DNA of 64,000 bases from Candidatus Didemnitutus sp. (GTDB lineage: Bacteria; Verrucomicrobiota; Verrucomicrobiia; Opitutales; Opitutaceae), in the NCBI GenBank assembly GCA_017991595.1, contig JAGOQJ010000001.1:604410-668409 (forward strand). Reading direction: 5' to 3'. Below are positions 10,003 to 20,369 of this stretch, one piece after another. How positions within the stretch are numbered: the stretch's first letter is position 1; each line of letters begins with the position of its first letter. The translations under genes were made by a program, and so were the position numbers. The notes under the pieces are model-generated. The model was given only the letters and a program-made list of their open reading frames with translations. It was not told the origin of the DNA and did not search any database.

Positions 10003-10995
10003 TCAGAGCATCTTCAGCTTCGGCAGGTCTTGCACGTCGATATAGCCCGCCGGGCGGCCATCGGCGTCGAGCGCGAAGAGGTCGGAGATCTTGAACTGCT
10101 GGAAAATCTTCAACGCCTCCACGGCGAGCGCGCCGACGCGCACGCTCTTGCCGCCGCGGGTCATGAACTGCGCGACGGGGTGCTGCAGGAAATCGCGCCC
10201 GCCGTTCAGCGCCGCGCGCCGGAAATCGCCGTCGGTGAAGATGCCGGTAATCCGGCCGGCCGGGTCGACCAGCGCCACGGCGCCGGCCTTGGCCTTGGTC
10301 ATCGCAAAGATTGCCGCCTGCACGGTCGTATCCGCCTCGGGCAGGATCGGGCAGGCCTCGCCGGTGCGCATGATGTCCTCGACGCGCAGCAGCAACGTCA
10401 TCCCGAGCGTGCCGGCGGGATGGTATTTGGCGAAATCCTCCCGCGTGAGCCCGCGGCTCTCGAGCAGCACCATCGCGACCGCATCGCCGAGCGCGAGCGC
10501 CGCCGTGGTGCTTGCGGTGGGGGCGAGTTCGAGCGGGCAGGCCTCGCGCGGGGCGCGGTAGATCAGTCGGTGGTCGGCGCCGCGGGCGAGTTCACTGGCG
10601 GGCGAGCCGGTGAGTGCGACCGTCGTCAGGCCGAATTTCCCGAGCAGGGGGAGCAGTTTCAGCATCTCCTCGCTCGCTCCGCTGTTGCTCAGCAGGATCG
10701 CGAGGTCGCCGCTGGCGCACAGGCCGAGGTCGCCGTGGAGCGCATTGGTGGGGTCGAGGAAGGTCGAGGGCACGCCGGTGCTATTGAACGTGCCGGTGAG
10801 CTTCTGGGCGATGTGGGCGGACTTGCCGACGCCGGTGAAAATCACCTTCTTGCCCGCCGCGAGCGCCGACTCGAAGGCGCGCACCACGGCCACGAAGTCG
10901 CCGTTGAGCACGCCGGCTGTGGCTTCAAGCGCTTCGCGTTCGATGGCGAGGCAATTGCGGGCGCGGGCAAGAATCGTGTCGGCGTCGAGTGGCAT
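10003..10995 (-). CDS. kdsD: Arabinose-5-phosphate isomerase (KpsF/GutQ/KdsD family; SIS + tandem CBS domains)
   Basis: SIS-domain GVGKSAHIAQK motif plus C-terminal CBS pair; about 330 aa. Confidence 0.8.
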   Translation of the reverse strand: MPLDADTILARARNCLAIEREALEATAGVLNGDFVAVVRAFESALAAGKKVIFTGVGKSAHIAQKLTGTFNSTGVPSTFLDPTNALHGDLGLCASGDLAILLSNSGASEEMLKLLPLLGKFGLTTVALTGSPASELARGADHRLIYRAPREACPLELAPTASTTAALALGDAVAMVLLESRGLTREDFAKYHPAGTLGMTLLLRVEDIMRTGEACPILPEADTTVQAAIFAMTKAKAGAVALVDPAGRITGIFTDGDFRRAALNGGRDFLQHPVAQFMTRGGKSVRVGALAVEALKIFQQFKISDLFALDADGRPAGYIDVQDLPKLKML

Positions 10996-11004
10996 CTAGC
11001 TTGA

Positions 11005-11961
11005 TTGGCGGAGAGGGGAGCGCAAACCTACCGGACACGATACGTCGTTCAACCTGAATTCAACGTGCACCCGCCCGCGCGCTTCCTCCGCCACTGTCTC
11101 GCCTTGCTCGGCGTGGCCTTGCTGTTGGCGGGCACCGGCTGCACGGACGATGCGCGCCAATCCTACGCCACCGAGACGGACGAGCCGTATTACCGTCAAG
11201 GCGAGCAGATGAAGCGCGCGAGCCGCCACCAGGAGGCGCTCTCCGCCTATCTGAAGGTGATCGAAAAACGTGGCGACGACGCACCCGAGTCGCACCTCGA
11301 GGCGGGACTCATCTACTTGCATCACATCCGCGATCCGATCGCGGCGATCTACCATTTCCGGAAGTTTCTCGCGCTGCGTCCCAACAGCGCGCAGGCCGCG
11401 CTCGTGCGCCAGCGCATCGATGCCGCCATGCGAGACTTTGCGCGCACCTTGCCCGCCCAGCCGGTCGAGTCGCAGTTGCAGCGCGTCGATCTCATGGCCG
11501 CGCTCGATAAGGCGAAGCTCGAGAACGATCTCCTCAAGCGCCAGCTCGCCGAATACCAAGCGGGCCGCGAACCCGCTGCGACCACCGAGGAAGGCGAGGT
11601 TGGCTCCTCCACCGCGCAGTCCGCCCCGAGCGCGTCAGGTGCGGGCAACTTCGCGTTGAATCTTGATGCGTTGCCGACCGTGCGCACCCGCCCGCAGCAA
11701 ACGACCCGTCCTCCAGCGCCCACGTCGGCCGCTGCTACGCCGCAGACGCGCCCTGCGCCGACGAATCAGCAGACCGCACGCCAGCAGGACGCCCGCCCCG
11801 CCGCCCGCCGTCACACGGTCCGCCCCGGCGACACCCTTTCGAAGCTCTCCCAGCAGTATTACGGCAACCGTTCGCGCTGGCGGGAGATTTTTCAGGCCAA
11901 CCGCAACGTCATGCGCAACGAGTCCGACCTGAAGGTCGGTGTCGAGCTGGTCATCCCCTGA
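11005..11961 (+). CDS. TPR/LysM domain lipoprotein (peptidoglycan-binding)
   Basis: Lipobox LLAGTGC; C-terminal LysM HTVRPGDTLSKLSQQYYGN...; low-complexity Pro/Thr/Ala linker. Start may be the downstream GTG. Confidence 0.55.
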   Translation: MAERGAQTYRTRYVVQPEFNVHPPARFLRHCLALLGVALLLAGTGCTDDARQSYATETDEPYYRQGEQMKRASRHQEALSAYLKVIEKRGDDAPESHLEAGLIYLHHIRDPIAAIYHFRKFLALRPNSAQAALVRQRIDAAMRDFARTLPAQPVESQLQRVDLMAALDKAKLENDLLKRQLAEYQAGREPAATTEEGEVGSSTAQSAPSASGAGNFALNLDALPTVRTRPQQTTRPPAPTSAAATPQTRPAPTNQQTARQQDARPAARRHTVRPGDTLSKLSQQYYGNRSRWREIFQANRNVMRNESDLKVGVELVIP

Positions 11962-11982
11962 GCCGCGCAGCAGCGCGAGCCG

Positions 11983-13245
11983 TCAATCCGCGGCGACCGG
12001 CAGCGGCAACGGACGCCCCGGGGCCGACGCGTGCGGAGCAGCCGCCCTCAGGCGCGCGGCAAACAGGATTGCGAGCGCGAACGCCGCCACCGACGCATAA
12101 CCCGCGTGCCGATAACCGAGCAGTCGTCCGCTCACCGGGTCGGCGGTCACGAGCAGGCCCGCCACCATGTTGGCGCCGGCGCTGGCGGCTTGTTGCACGG
12201 CGGAGTTCACGCTCATGAATCCGCCGCGGTAGCGGGCCTCGACGGAATTGGTGATGAGCGCCATCGCGGGTGGGAAGCGTCCCGACATGCCGATCATGAA
12301 GAACGTCGTCGCAAACAGCGCGGCCCACACCGGCACCGCCGGCAAGTGAGTCAGCGCGAGCACGGCCACGCTGGCCACGCCGGAAATCACCATGAAGAGG
12401 TGCAGTTTCTCATGCCGGTCCGCCAGCCGGCCGAACCAAGGCATCGTGAAGAATGTGAACGCCCCGCCCGCGAGGTAGATCAACGGCAGCTGGGCCTCCG
12501 ACAAGCCGACGTTGGCCACCATCGAGGGCGCCATGAACGGGATGATGCAGCCGCCGCCGAACACCAGCACCCCCGAGAGCAGGAAACAGCGTCCGTGCAC
12601 AGGATGCGTGAGGATCGCGCGCATCTGCTGCCACGCACCGTGGGTCGTCGGGTGCGGCGGCAACGCGGGCAGTGCCTTCCACGCGATCGCGCCGATGATG
12701 AGGCTCAGGCCGACTAGCAGGTAGAACGGCGCATGCCATTCGAACCATCCCGCGAGCGCGAGTCCGGTCGGCACGCCCAGCACCGACGCGATGGGAAACG
12801 CGGTCATCACCACGCCCATCGCCGTCCCGCGACGCTCGGGTGGCACGACATCGCCCACGGCCGCGGTCACGACCGAGCCCGCCATGCCGCCGAAGGCGCC
12901 CGCGGCCAGCCGTGCGATGAGCAGCAACGCGTAGGTGTCGGCCAGCGCGCAGGCCAGCGTCGCGAGCGTGAAGCCGCCGTAGAGAAAGAGCAGCGCCCGG
13001 CGCCGGTCGAAGCGATCAATGACGAATCCGCCGAGCAACCCGGTCGCGGCCGCCGCCAGACTGTATGCAGCGACGAGATGACTGAACTCCGCCGGCCCGA
13101 TCGCGAACATCCGCATAAGGTGCGACCCCAGCGGCATCAGGATCATGAAGTCCATGATGTGGGTGAACTGCACCGCTGCCAGGACGAAGAGCAGCAGACG
13201 TTCGTTGATGCGCGGTGCGGCGGACATGGAGCGGACAAGGTTCAC
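11983..13245 (-). CDS. MFS transporter
   Basis: 12-TM profile with the MFS signature GxxxDRxGRR-like motif (GGFVIDRFDRRRALL). Confidence 0.75.
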   Translation of the reverse strand: MNLVRSMSAAPRINERLLLFVLAAVQFTHIMDFMILMPLGSHLMRMFAIGPAEFSHLVAAYSLAAAATGLLGGFVIDRFDRRRALLFLYGGFTLATLACALADTYALLLIARLAAGAFGGMAGSVVTAAVGDVVPPERRGTAMGVVMTAFPIASVLGVPTGLALAGWFEWHAPFYLLVGLSLIIGAIAWKALPALPPHPTTHGAWQQMRAILTHPVHGRCFLLSGVLVFGGGCIIPFMAPSMVANVGLSEAQLPLIYLAGGAFTFFTMPWFGRLADRHEKLHLFMVISGVASVAVLALTHLPAVPVWAALFATTFFMIGMSGRFPPAMALITNSVEARYRGGFMSVNSAVQQAASAGANMVAGLLVTADPVSGRLLGYRHAGYASVAAFALAILFAARLRAAAPHASAPGRPLPLPVAAD

Positions 13246-14204
13246 AACTCCGCGTCCGGCGCAACCCGGCGTCGGCGGCGTTCCGTGGGCCGAAAGGGTG
13301 GGGTGGTCGCGGTCGGCGCCTGCATCGGTCCCACCACGGCGTGCGCCGCCGCGACGAAGAGCTCCGTGCCGCGCGTGGCGTGGCGGCGATAGTGGCTGAC
13401 GAGGGCGATCTCGCGCACGGGGCTCGCGCCGCTGAATTTGCGGTAAACGAGTCCCGCCGGGTCGTTGGGGCTGCGGGCGCTGCGCGGCAGGATGCTGATG
13501 CCGAGGCCCAGCGCCGTGAGCGTCTTCAGCGTCGCCAACTGCGCGCAGCGATGGACGATGCGCGGCTCGAAATCGTAGTCGCCTGTGATCCGGCGCACTT
13601 GGGCGGCGAGCGAGGAGGCATCGCCGAGCGAGATGAAGTTTTCCTCCCGCAGGTCGGGGAACGTGACTTGCTCCGCGGTGGCGAGCGGGTGAGTGGCGCT
13701 CAGCGCGAGCAGCAGCGGCTCGGAAAAAAGCGGCTCGGCCACGATGCGCGGCTCATTCAGCGGCAGGGAGACGATGCCGACGTCGATCTCGCCCTCCAGC
13801 ACCGCATGGAGGATCTGGGGCCGGAAATTCTCCGCGGTGTTCAGGTTCAACCGGATCTCGTTGGCCCGGCAGTGCGCCACCACGGCCGGGAAGAAGAAGT
13901 GCGCGACCGTGGGAATCGCGCCGACCGCCACCGGATAACCGCGCGAAGGATCCTCCTTCAGCAGCCGCAAGGCGTTGTCGGCCTCGCTGAGAATCCGGTA
14001 AGCGTGCTCCAGCAGCACCTTGCCGGCGTCCGTCAGCGCCACGCTGCGCCCGAGGCGGTGAAAGAGGGCCTGCCCGACCTCGGTTTCTAAGTTAATTATC
14101 TGTTGGCTAAGAGATGGTTGTGAGACGAAGCACCGCGCCGCTGCCTTGGTGAAATTGGCCGTCTCGGCGACGGCGACGAAGTAGCGGAGTTGGTATATCT
14201 CCAT
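13242..14204 (-). CDS. LysR family transcriptional regulator
   Basis: N-terminal HTH MEIYQLRYFVAVAETANFTKAAARCFVSQPSLSQQI plus LysR substrate-binding domain; 4-bp overlap with the downstream MFS gene. Confidence 0.85.
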   Translation of the reverse strand: MEIYQLRYFVAVAETANFTKAAARCFVSQPSLSQQIINLETEVGQALFHRLGRSVALTDAGKVLLEHAYRILSEADNALRLLKEDPSRGYPVAVGAIPTVAHFFFPAVVAHCRANEIRLNLNTAENFRPQILHAVLEGEIDVGIVSLPLNEPRIVAEPLFSEPLLLALSATHPLATAEQVTFPDLREENFISLGDASSLAAQVRRITGDYDFEPRIVHRCAQLATLKTLTALGLGISILPRSARSPNDPAGLVYRKFSGASPVREIALVSHYRRHATRGTELFVAAAHAVVGPMQAPTATTPPFRPTERRRRRVAPDAEL

Positions 14205-14290
14205 AGGATTTTCAGATGCTATGGATAGAATCTAAGTATTTCTCCTATTGCAAGACATCGGGTAATCTCTCCGCAGCAACCAACCACGCC

Positions 14291-14467
14291 ATGAACAAAC
14301 AAATCATCCTTCAGTCCTTCGGTCTCGCGGCGCTCTTCGCTCTCGTCCTCACCGCGACCATGGAAATGAACATCAATCTCCCGCTCGTGGGTGTCGCGGT
14401 GGCCTTCGTTGGAGCCGGCCTGCTCTGGGCCCTCGCCGCGACCGAGCCGAGCAAGAGCAACAGCTGA
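14291..14467 (+). CDS. Small hydrophobic protein (2 TM), hypothetical
   Basis: MNKQIILQSFGLAALFALVLTA...; divergent from the LysR gene and followed by a strong terminator. Confidence 0.35.
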   Translation: MNKQIILQSFGLAALFALVLTATMEMNINLPLVGVAVAFVGAGLLWALAATEPSKSNS

Positions 14468-14495
14468 TTTTAGTCGAAAGCAATGTGTGCATGAG

Positions 14496-14532
14496 GCCCG
14501 GGTTAGGGGTAACCCGGGCCTCTTCTTTTTCC
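14496..14532 (+). terminator. Rho-independent terminator
   Basis: GCCCGGGTTaggggtAACCCGGGC hairpin followed by CTCTTCTTTTTCC. Confidence 0.6.
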
Positions 14533-14634
14533 GGGAGCGTTGGCTCCGGATAATCCGGCCGGGCCGCGTCCCAGCCGAGGCGGCAGGTGGCGATTGCGGG
14601 AAAGCGCGGGGGCGATAGACAAAAGCGTGTCCGC

Positions 14635-15186
14635 ATGACGCTTTTCAGGAAACGCCCGCATCCGACGCCCATGGAGGCCGCCCGTGAAAACCCATCCTGG
14701 AAAACCTGGTTCGAGACATACGGACCCAAGCTGCTGCTGTGTGCGCGGCAGTGGACCCGTTCGCTCGCCGATGCGGAGGATGTGGTGCAGGAAGCCTTCG
14801 TGCGCTACTGGCGGCACCAACGGCAGCTGCCCGGCGATCCGCAAGCGCTGCTCATCACGTCCGTGCGCCGGGCGGCGCTTGATCTCGCGCGGCGTGAGAC
14901 CCGTCGCGCCGTGCGCGAGGAGAAATCCGACGGCGGGTTGGAGGAGCGCGAGGCGCTCTTCGATCCCCTGCCGGGCGATGGCGACGAACGCCGGTTGGAA
15001 ATCGAGGCGGCTCTGCACGGCTTGCCGCCCGAGCAGCGGGAAGTCCTCGTGCTCAAGATCTGGCAGGAGCTCACCTTTGAACAGATTGGCGAGACGCTCG
15101 GCATCTCGCCCAACACCGTCGCCTCGCGCTACCGCTACGCGCTCGCGGCCCTCCGCAAGGAATTGAAACCGCTCAGTTATGGATGA
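14635..15186 (+). CDS. ECF RNA polymerase sigma factor
   Basis: Region 2 DVVQEAFVRYW; region 4 LPPEQREVLVLKIWQELTFEQIGETLGISPNTVASRYRYAL. Confidence 0.8.
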   Translation: MTLFRKRPHPTPMEAARENPSWKTWFETYGPKLLLCARQWTRSLADAEDVVQEAFVRYWRHQRQLPGDPQALLITSVRRAALDLARRETRRAVREEKSDGGLEEREALFDPLPGDGDERRLEIEAALHGLPPEQREVLVLKIWQELTFEQIGETLGISPNTVASRYRYALAALRKELKPLSYG

Positions 15187-15784
15187 ATCCCTCCAACAAC
15201 TGGAAAACGAGCTGAAGGCGCTGCGCCCGCGCCGGCCTTCCACGCTGTTGCACGCGCGGGTTGAGCATGCGCTCACGTCCGATGCCGCCGTGGTGCCCGC
15301 TGCGCCGGTTGTTCCCGCGCCTGCTCCGCGCTACACCAGCGCGACCACACTGCGCTCGTGGAAATGGTTCAGCTGGCAGATGGCCGCGGCGGCCGCCGTG
15401 GCGCTCGTGGTTTCACTCGGCGTTTGGCGCTACGGCGCCCGGTCCGCATCCGACGGCTCCGTCGCTCCGCTCGCGGCCGTTGCGCAGCCGGAGACGTCTG
15501 CCTCCACCGCGCCGGATATTTCTGCCACCGCGCCGTCCGCGGAGCGTCTGCTGGTCGCGGCCACGCCGACTTCCTCGGGTGCATTCCGTCCGGTCAAGGC
15601 CGCCAATGTCCTCTACGATTTGCGCGACGAAGGCCCGGTGCTGCTCGAAGACAACAGCGCCGGACGCCGCGTCCGGGCGCGCTATGTCGATACCTACACG
15701 TGGAAAAATCCCGCGACGAACGCCTCCCTCAAATGGAGCGTGCCGCGCGACGAGGTCCGCGTGCTGCCGGCGAATTACCACTGA
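15179..15784 (+). CDS. Putative anti-sigma factor (single-pass membrane protein)
   Basis: Overlaps the sigma-factor stop by 8 bp; TM segment MAAAAAVALVVSLGVW. Confidence 0.45.
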   Translation: MDESLQQLENELKALRPRRPSTLLHARVEHALTSDAAVVPAAPVVPAPAPRYTSATTLRSWKWFSWQMAAAAAVALVVSLGVWRYGARSASDGSVAPLAAVAQPETSASTAPDISATAPSAERLLVAATPTSSGAFRPVKAANVLYDLRDEGPVLLEDNSAGRRVRARYVDTYTWKNPATNASLKWSVPRDEVRVLPANYH

Positions 15785-15862
15785 GTTTCCTCTCCGTCTC
15801 CCGGTGTGCAGCGGTCGCTGATCCGCGCCTGCTGACGCATCGCCACTCCCAAATAAATCACC

Positions 15863-16867
15863 ATGAAAAACTCCCTCCGTCATTTACTTCCTCTCGCCGC
15901 CGCCAGCGCGCTGTGCGTCTCGGCGTTCGCCGCCGAGCCTGTCCGCACTCAAGTGCGCGTTGTGCGGGTCGCCGATGCTCCGCCCGGCGAACCCGCCGAG
16001 GCCGCGCCGAAAGCTCCGCGCGAGAAAGTCGCCTTTCTCGGTGTCGAGACCGCGCCCGTGCCGCCGCCGCTGGCCGCCCACCTCGGACTCGCCCGCGACA
16101 TGGGCCTCGTCGTTGCCCGCGTGGCGCCCGACAGCCCGTCCACCGGCGTGCTGCAGGAGCACGATGTGCTCACGAAGTTCGCCGATCAACTGCTGGTCGA
16201 TTCGCGCCAGCTCAGCGTGCTCGTGCGGGCGAAGAAACCCGACGACGAGGTGTCGCTCACGCTCGTGCGCGCCGGCAAGGAGATGGTCGTGAAAGCCAAG
16301 CTCGGCGAGCGCGAGCTCCCGCGCGGCTTTGGTCTCCGACCGATGGAAGGCGGCAACGGCTTCCAATTCGAGTTCGGCGACAAGATCGACATCGAGCGCT
16401 TGCGCGAACTGCCCGGCATCGCCCGCGAGGAGTTGCAGGACGTCATCCGCGTCCTCGGCAACGAGCGTCCGCACTGGTTCGCCGGCCCGCGCGTGCACGT
16501 GCTGCGCCGCGAGGGCCGCGGCGGCTCCACCGTCCTGAATCTCGCGGAGGGCAATTTCGTGTTCTCCGACCCCGAGGGTTCTGTCGAAGTCAACGCCAGC
16601 AATGGCAAACGCCAGATCACCGTGAAGGATGCCTCGGGCAAGGTGGTGTTCGACGGCCCGATCGACACCGACGAGCAGCGCGCGAAACTGCCGCCGGAGG
16701 TGAAATCCCGCCTGCAGAAGCTCGAGGGCAGCACGATCGAGTTCGAGGCTTCCGAGGAGATGCAGCAGGAGGGCGCCAAGCTATCACCGCCGACGAAGAC
16801 CAAGGTTCGTCGCGAACTCGACGTCCGCGAGCGTGCTCCGCGCCGGGTTGCGACTCCGCCACTCTGA
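15863..16867 (+). CDS. Secreted PDZ domain-containing protein
   Basis: Signal peptide; PDZ-like block FLGVETAPVPPPLAAHLGL...GLVVARVAPDSPS...GVLQEHDVLTKF. Confidence 0.55.
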   Translation: MKNSLRHLLPLAAASALCVSAFAAEPVRTQVRVVRVADAPPGEPAEAAPKAPREKVAFLGVETAPVPPPLAAHLGLARDMGLVVARVAPDSPSTGVLQEHDVLTKFADQLLVDSRQLSVLVRAKKPDDEVSLTLVRAGKEMVVKAKLGERELPRGFGLRPMEGGNGFQFEFGDKIDIERLRELPGIAREELQDVIRVLGNERPHWFAGPRVHVLRREGRGGSTVLNLAEGNFVFSDPEGSVEVNASNGKRQITVKDASGKVVFDGPIDTDEQRAKLPPEVKSRLQKLEGSTIEFEASEEMQQEGAKLSPPTKTKVRRELDVRERAPRRVATPPL

Positions 16868-16891
16868 GCGTGGCTCGCTGAAAACAATTGC

Positions 16892-16918
16892 GGCGCGACC
16901 TTCAGGGTCGCGCCGATT
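16892..16918 (+). terminator. Candidate bidirectional terminator hairpin
   Basis: GGCGCGACCttcaGGGTCGCGCC immediately after the PDZ gene stop; a second hairpin CGAGGCCGcc...cgGGCGGCCTCG (about 16932-16961) serves the convergent minus-strand gene. Confidence 0.45.
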
Positions 16919-16975
16919 GTGTTGCCTGACCGAGGCCGTCCGCCAGCGCGGGCGGCCTCGTTGATTTTCAGCCGA

Positions 16976-17506
16976 TCACATCGGCGGCGGCGCTTCGACG
17001 CCGGGAGGAAGCGGGCGCTTGAGGAAGGCGGCGATCACCAGCGACATCAGGATGCCGGCGATGCACACGCCGATGAAGGCGGATACGGCTGAAACCGTCG
17101 GGCCCATCATCATGCGCGTCATGGCTTCGGCCTGCTCGATTTGCGCGTCGCCCAAGCCGGCCTTCGCCCACTCGCCGCGCAGGAACTCGAGCTGGTAGTC
17201 CGCGAAGTTCGTGTTGATGAACTTGAGATGGATGAACGTGTAGACGGCGGAAGCTGCACCCGAGATCACCGAGATCAGGGCGCCGGCGCCGACGCCTTGG
17301 CCGTAGGTGAGCGCTTGGTGCGGCTTCTCCGCGCGCACGGCCCTCACGCCGAGCCAGAGGACGATGAACATGATGGGGAAGCTGAGCCACTGGAGGTATT
17401 GTCCCGTGGCGATCTTCTCCGTCTGGAAGCCGCCGAAATACATCAGGAGGCTGAACACCGCCATGATGCCCGACAGCGTGAGTGCGTAGGTGGTTTTTGT
17501 GCCCAT
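16976..17506 (-). CDS. DUF4199 family membrane protein
   Basis: MGTKTTYALTLSGIMAVFSLLMYFGGFQ... hydrophobic profile typical of DUF4199; start chosen at the internal Met because the upstream track extension is Arg/Pro-rich junk. Confidence 0.5.
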   Translation of the reverse strand: MGTKTTYALTLSGIMAVFSLLMYFGGFQTEKIATGQYLQWLSFPIMFIVLWLGVRAVRAEKPHQALTYGQGVGAGALISVISGAASAVYTFIHLKFINTNFADYQLEFLRGEWAKAGLGDAQIEQAEAMTRMMMGPTVSAVSAFIGVCIAGILMSLVIAAFLKRPLPPGVEAPPPM

Positions 17507-17661
17507 GCCGGCAACTTGCCACGTTGGACCCGCGGGCTCAATCACCGTCACATGGACGGCTCGCGACCGGGATGGACGGCTCTGTCCGCCCGGCCGTGCT
17601 CCGTGCATCGTGGCGCGAAGCGGGAGCGGCCGATCTTCGGCCGAGTATGGCAGGCCTTGGC

Positions 17662-18462
17662 TCAGCGGTTGTCGCCGTCGAGCACGCGGCCGAGGCCGCC
17701 GAGGATCGAGCCTTCCTCGCGTCCACCGCGGCCAGTTTGCGGCGCCGCGGCGACGATGCGCTGGGCGAGACGCGAGAACGGCAGCGATTGCAGCCACACC
17801 TTGCCCGGACCGCGCAGGCGCGCGAAGAACAGGCCTTCGCCGCCGAAGAGCGCCGTCTTGATGCCGCCGACGAACTCGATGTCGTAGTCCACGCCCGGTT
17901 GCAGCGCGACGAGACAGCCTGTGTCGACGCGCAGCGTCTCGCCCGAGGCCAACGTGCGCTCGTGGAGCGTGCCGCTGGCATGCACGAAGGCGAGCCCGTC
18001 GCCGCGCAGACGCTGCATGATGAAGCCTTCGCCGCCGAAGAGGCCCGCGCCGAGTCGCTTTTGGAAAGCGATGCCGACGCTCACGCCCTTCGCTGCGCAG
18101 AGGAACGAGTCCTTCTGCGCGATGAGTTCGCCGCCCATCTCGCCTAGGTGCATCGGGAGGATCTTGCCCGGATACGGCGCGCCGAATGCCAGGCGTCGCC
18201 GTTGCATCGTGCGGTTGCCGTAGAGAGTCATGAAGAGTGACTCACCCGTGAGGATGCGCGTGCCGGCGCCGAGCAGCGAACCGAGCAGGCCGCGGTTTTG
18301 CTGCGAGCCGTCGCCGAAGATCGTCTCCATCTCGATGCCGTCATCCATGAACATCATCGCGCCGGCCTCGGCGACGACCGCTTCGTTGGGGTCCAAGGTG
18401 ATCTCGACGAACTGCATGTCGTCTCCGTGGATGTGATAATCGATGAGGTGCATGGGATTCAT
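17662..18462 (-). CDS. TIGR00266/AIM24 (DUF124) family protein
   Basis: [40 protein letters not shown]... conserved family core. Confidence 0.65.
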   Translation of the reverse strand: MNPMHLIDYHIHGDDMQFVEITLDPNEAVVAEAGAMMFMDDGIEMETIFGDGSQQNRGLLGSLLGAGTRILTGESLFMTLYGNRTMQRRRLAFGAPYPGKILPMHLGEMGGELIAQKDSFLCAAKGVSVGIAFQKRLGAGLFGGEGFIMQRLRGDGLAFVHASGTLHERTLASGETLRVDTGCLVALQPGVDYDIEFVGGIKTALFGGEGLFFARLRGPGKVWLQSLPFSRLAQRIVAAAPQTGRGGREEGSILGGLGRVLDGDNR

Positions 18463-18618
18463 GGCGGGAAGAACCCGCAGTCTGCCACGAAAGTCGCGTC
18501 CGCGCCCATTGAATTTCCGCGGGCGATTGCAATGGCCGGCCGCTTTCGGGATCGCGCGCGAGCGCAGTTTTTTCACAACCGTTGCATTATCGCATTTACA
18601 AAGCCCCCAAGCGGATAC

Positions 18619-20184
18619 ATGGGTTGTTCACAACTTATCCACGACGAAATGGAATCCGCCATAAGTGGGGTTTTCAGGCCGGGGTTCGCAGGCTCCGGGG
18701 TTCGGGTAAAAACTTACGTTCTCGATACGAACGTTCTGCTGCACGACCCGCAGTCGATCTTCAAGTTCGAGGAGAACAACCTCGCCATCCCCGTCGAGGT
18801 GCTCGAAGAGCTCGACGCGATCAAGAGCGAGCAATCCACGGAGCGCGGCCGCAACGCCCGCCGCGTGCACCGCATCCTGCAGGAGCTGTTGCCCGACTCC
18901 CGCTCGTTGCACGAAGGCGTGAAGCTGCCCAACGGCGGCACGCTCTCCATCATCATCAACCGCTACCTCGTCGAGAACAACTGGTCCACGCCGGCGATGC
19001 AGCGCCTGCGCGCGGTCGTCTCGGATTTTACGAAGAAGGACAACCGCATCATCGCCGCGGCGCTCTTTGTGCAGGAGACGAATCCGCCGCCGACCATTCT
19101 CGTCACGAAGGACGTCAACGTGCAGCTCAAGGCCCGCGCCGTCGGGCTCGAGGCCGAGGACTACCTCAACGACAAGGTGCCCGAGGCGCCCGAGACGGAT
19201 TCCTACCAGACGCTCACGCTCGACATGTATGAGATGCAGCGCTTCTGCTCCGAGGGTGAGTTCGTGCTCCCCGACGACCTCGCGCCCAAGCTCTACCTCA
19301 ACGAATATGTGCTGCTCATGACGCACGAGGGCAAGACCATGCCCGGCCGCTATTACGGCCGCGGTATCGTGCGCCGCTTGCGTTTCCCGGAATTCGTCAA
19401 GGCACCCGGCGGCATTCCCATCCGCCCGCGCAACCTCGAACAGCAGTTCTTCATGGATGCGCTGATGGACGACTCCATCTCGCTCATCACCTGCTTCGGC
19501 AAGGCCGGCACCGGCAAGACGCTCCTCTCCACCGGCTGCGCGCTCCACCAGATCGTCGACGCCGAGAACTCCCGCTACGACGGTCTCTCAATCTCCCGCC
19601 CCGTCATCGCGCTCGGCAAGGACATCGGCTTCCTCCCTGGCTCGCTCGAGGAGAAGATGAAACCCTGGCTCCAGCCTTACCACGATGCGCTCGAGGTGCT
19701 CATGCCCTCGAAGCCGCCGAAGGAGCCGCAGTTCGCATCGAAGAAGGTCGGCAAGAAAAAGAAGAAGCACGACGACGCGCTCGCGAGCATGACCTCGCCG
19801 CAGCCTTTCCACGCCAGCAGCGGCAACGGCAACGGCGTCCCGCCCATGAAGCCTTACGAGCGGCTCATCCGCAGCGGGCTCGTGGAGATCGAGGCGCTCT
19901 GCTTCATCCGCGGCCGCTCGATTGCCCGGCGTTTCTTCATCCTCGACGAGGCGCAGCAACTCACGCCGCACGAGGTGAAGACCGTCATCACCCGCATTTC
20001 CGAGGGTTCGAAGATCGTCCTCATCGGCGACCCCGCGCAGATCGACAACCCCTACGTCGACGCGCGCAGCAACGGCCTCGTCTTCTGCCACAATCGCATG
20101 AAGGGCCAGTCGCTGCATGCCCACGTGAAGCTCTCGAAGGGCGAGCGCTCCCGCCTCGCCGAGCTCGCCGCCGATCTGCTCTGA
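18619..20184 (+). CDS. PhoH-like ATPase with N-terminal PIN domain (YlaK family)
   Basis: PIN block [14 protein letters not shown]; PhoH Walker [11 protein letters not shown]; Walker [12 protein letters not shown]. Confidence 0.8.
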   Translation: MGCSQLIHDEMESAISGVFRPGFAGSGVRVKTYVLDTNVLLHDPQSIFKFEENNLAIPVEVLEELDAIKSEQSTERGRNARRVHRILQELLPDSRSLHEGVKLPNGGTLSIIINRYLVENNWSTPAMQRLRAVVSDFTKKDNRIIAAALFVQETNPPPTILVTKDVNVQLKARAVGLEAEDYLNDKVPEAPETDSYQTLTLDMYEMQRFCSEGEFVLPDDLAPKLYLNEYVLLMTHEGKTMPGRYYGRGIVRRLRFPEFVKAPGGIPIRPRNLEQQFFMDALMDDSISLITCFGKAGTGKTLLSTGCALHQIVDAENSRYDGLSISRPVIALGKDIGFLPGSLEEKMKPWLQPYHDALEVLMPSKPPKEPQFASKKVGKKKKKHDDALASMTSPQPFHASSGNGNGVPPMKPYERLIRSGLVEIEALCFIRGRSIARRFFILDEAQQLTPHEVKTVITRISEGSKIVLIGDPAQIDNPYVDARSNGLVFCHNRMKGQSLHAHVKLSKGERSRLAELAADLL

Positions 20185-20369
20185 GCCGCCCCGGCCTCCA
20201 CCGCCTTCCGTAGGCAGCGAGCTTGCTCGCGCCGTTCTTCGCGTCAGTTGGACCGCGCGTCTCCTTCTGCTCGCTGAACGCGCGCTCTCTTCCCGCCTCG
20301 CGGCCGGGTTTCGTGCCTCCCGCCAATCCCCGCCTTGCTTCCGGCCGGCGTGTCATAAAATATGACGCC

